Shown piece by piece: positions 62,564 to 64,000 of a DNA stretch of 64,000 nt. The DNA is from Callorhinchus milii (Eukaryota). Position 1 is the first letter of the stretch, and each line of letters begins with the position of its first letter. Below the pieces are notes generated by a model. That model saw only the letters and a list, made by a program, of their open reading frames with translations, was not told the DNA's origin and did not search any database. The stretch covers positions 55,678,001 to 55,742,000 of the forward strand of contig NW_024704743.1 of assembly GCF_018977255.1 (NCBI RefSeq), given 5' to 3'. The position numbers were made by a program, and so were the translations under genes.

Positions 62564-64000
62564 TAACAGTGAAAACTACCTGTGCAGCGCTTGAAATCAA
62601 GTATTAGCAATCAGTGCTTCTGAACTTCATTGGAACCTACTAATGGTCTCGATCTTAAAGAACAAGTGTGATCATCAGTATCCCATTTAAAAATCAACGA
62701 TCTTTAATATCTTCTTTTACTTTATCAAGTGCAAGGATTTTATTAATCTTGTCAATTATTCTATGTTTAGTTTAAGCCTTACTTCAAATGCGGTGTTTTC
62801 GTTGAGCACTACATCCCTGTACATTCCACCTACAGATACTGCATTATCTTTATACTGGAGAATGAAGAATTTCCAGCAGTGGGATTTCACGTGTGACTGG
62901 TGAATCGAGGGATCAACAGTTGCAAATCTAACAAGTAACTTTTAATGCCTAAGAGATGTGTTTGCAAGAGCATGTTACCCGGTAAAGGGACTCTCGAAAC
63001 TCCTCACTGACCACCTCAGTCCTCACTTGTAGGGTAGACAATGTGAGGATCTTCTGCCTTCTGGTTACAGTTGCAAAATTGTGACTAAGTTTGGGAAGTC
63101 TTAATGAGAAGACCAGGATGACAGTTCCAGATTAAGACGCATATCTTGAGCCAAGAAGCCAAAAACCCCATTGCAATGTGTAAGTATCTGGCACTGTCAG
63201 ATGAAGGAATGTAATAACGGAAGGAAGAGGGATTTTTGTTACTGTGTTCTGATTGTTTTTGTAACAAAATGTTTATGTTTCTCTTCCTCTTTGGTCCTTC
63301 CGTTTCATACAGATTTGATTCTTGCTGGCGATAAGGCAGTAAAGCAGTCTATATACTAGGAATGTCCCAGTGTCTCAGTAAGCGAGCACATCATTCAGCA
63401 ATGAAGTCCATCCCCTATGTCTTGCCTTTGCTTCATATTTCCACTCTTGGCTAAACTGTTTAAACCAGGAGAATCTTGATCCATGTGCCATCACTGGATT
63501 GTATGGGTGAGGTTGAATTACACACATAACAAACACACATTAGTGGCAGCGCTCTAACACACTATTAAACCAGGGAGATTGCAAATGTGACATCTGCAAA
63601 CTGGATTTTAGTCACCAGTTGTGACTTGCGATTTGCCAGTAATGGAATGTGGATTTCCACAAGAATTGTTAAAATCACAAGCCACCATAGTTTGAAAATT
63701 GCTGGCAAGAGAAAGAACTGGTCTGTGATTTGTCCTTTTTGTAAATCTTGCTGCGAATCTTTGCGATAATGGTATTCACAAAGCAGAAGTCACTATTCAT
63801 GATCAAAACTGTTTGAGAGTATTATGTTTTTGATCCCCAAGATGTAAGATGTAGTCAGTCCAATCCTATCTCAGATTTAAAATGTGTGATAATGAAGACC
63901 AATGTTCAAGTTAGTGCTCTCACTGTGAACTTAGAAAAGCTGTAATGTTCAGGTGTAATACACTGGTGGGAAGTTTGGAGGAGTTTTACATTATTTTAAA

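Overview
Eukaryotic, repeat-rich non-coding DNA. The repeat repertoire points to a cartilaginous fish, probably a holocephalan such as the elephant shark (inference). I could not recognise any intact host protein-coding exon, tRNA/rRNA gene or CRISPR array. Every ORF with recognisable homology is a decayed CR1 or L2 LINE ORF2 fragment, so the window is probably a large intron or gene desert. It holds many CR1 and L2 3' fragments, a young tRNA-Ala(TGC)-headed SINE with a Deu-like domain and an L2-type tail, an older full DeuSINE-type family and a third tRNA-SINE family. It also holds two Tc1/mariner (Tigger-like) MITEs, a hAT end, a possible Helitron-type end, and an unclassified ~500-bp structured repeat family present in at least 9 pieces. 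The most notable observations are: a 90-bp near-perfect inverted copy (14615-14704 / 15685-15774) that interrupts a SINE tail; that unclassified repeat family; SINE tail variants matching the L2 tail stem-loop; a ~175-bp direct duplication with block-wise identity; several nested insertions; isolated perfect hairpins; and repeat-free islands that may be conserved enhancers. I found no convincing new multi-gene system. Repeat boundaries were read by eye and are approximate.
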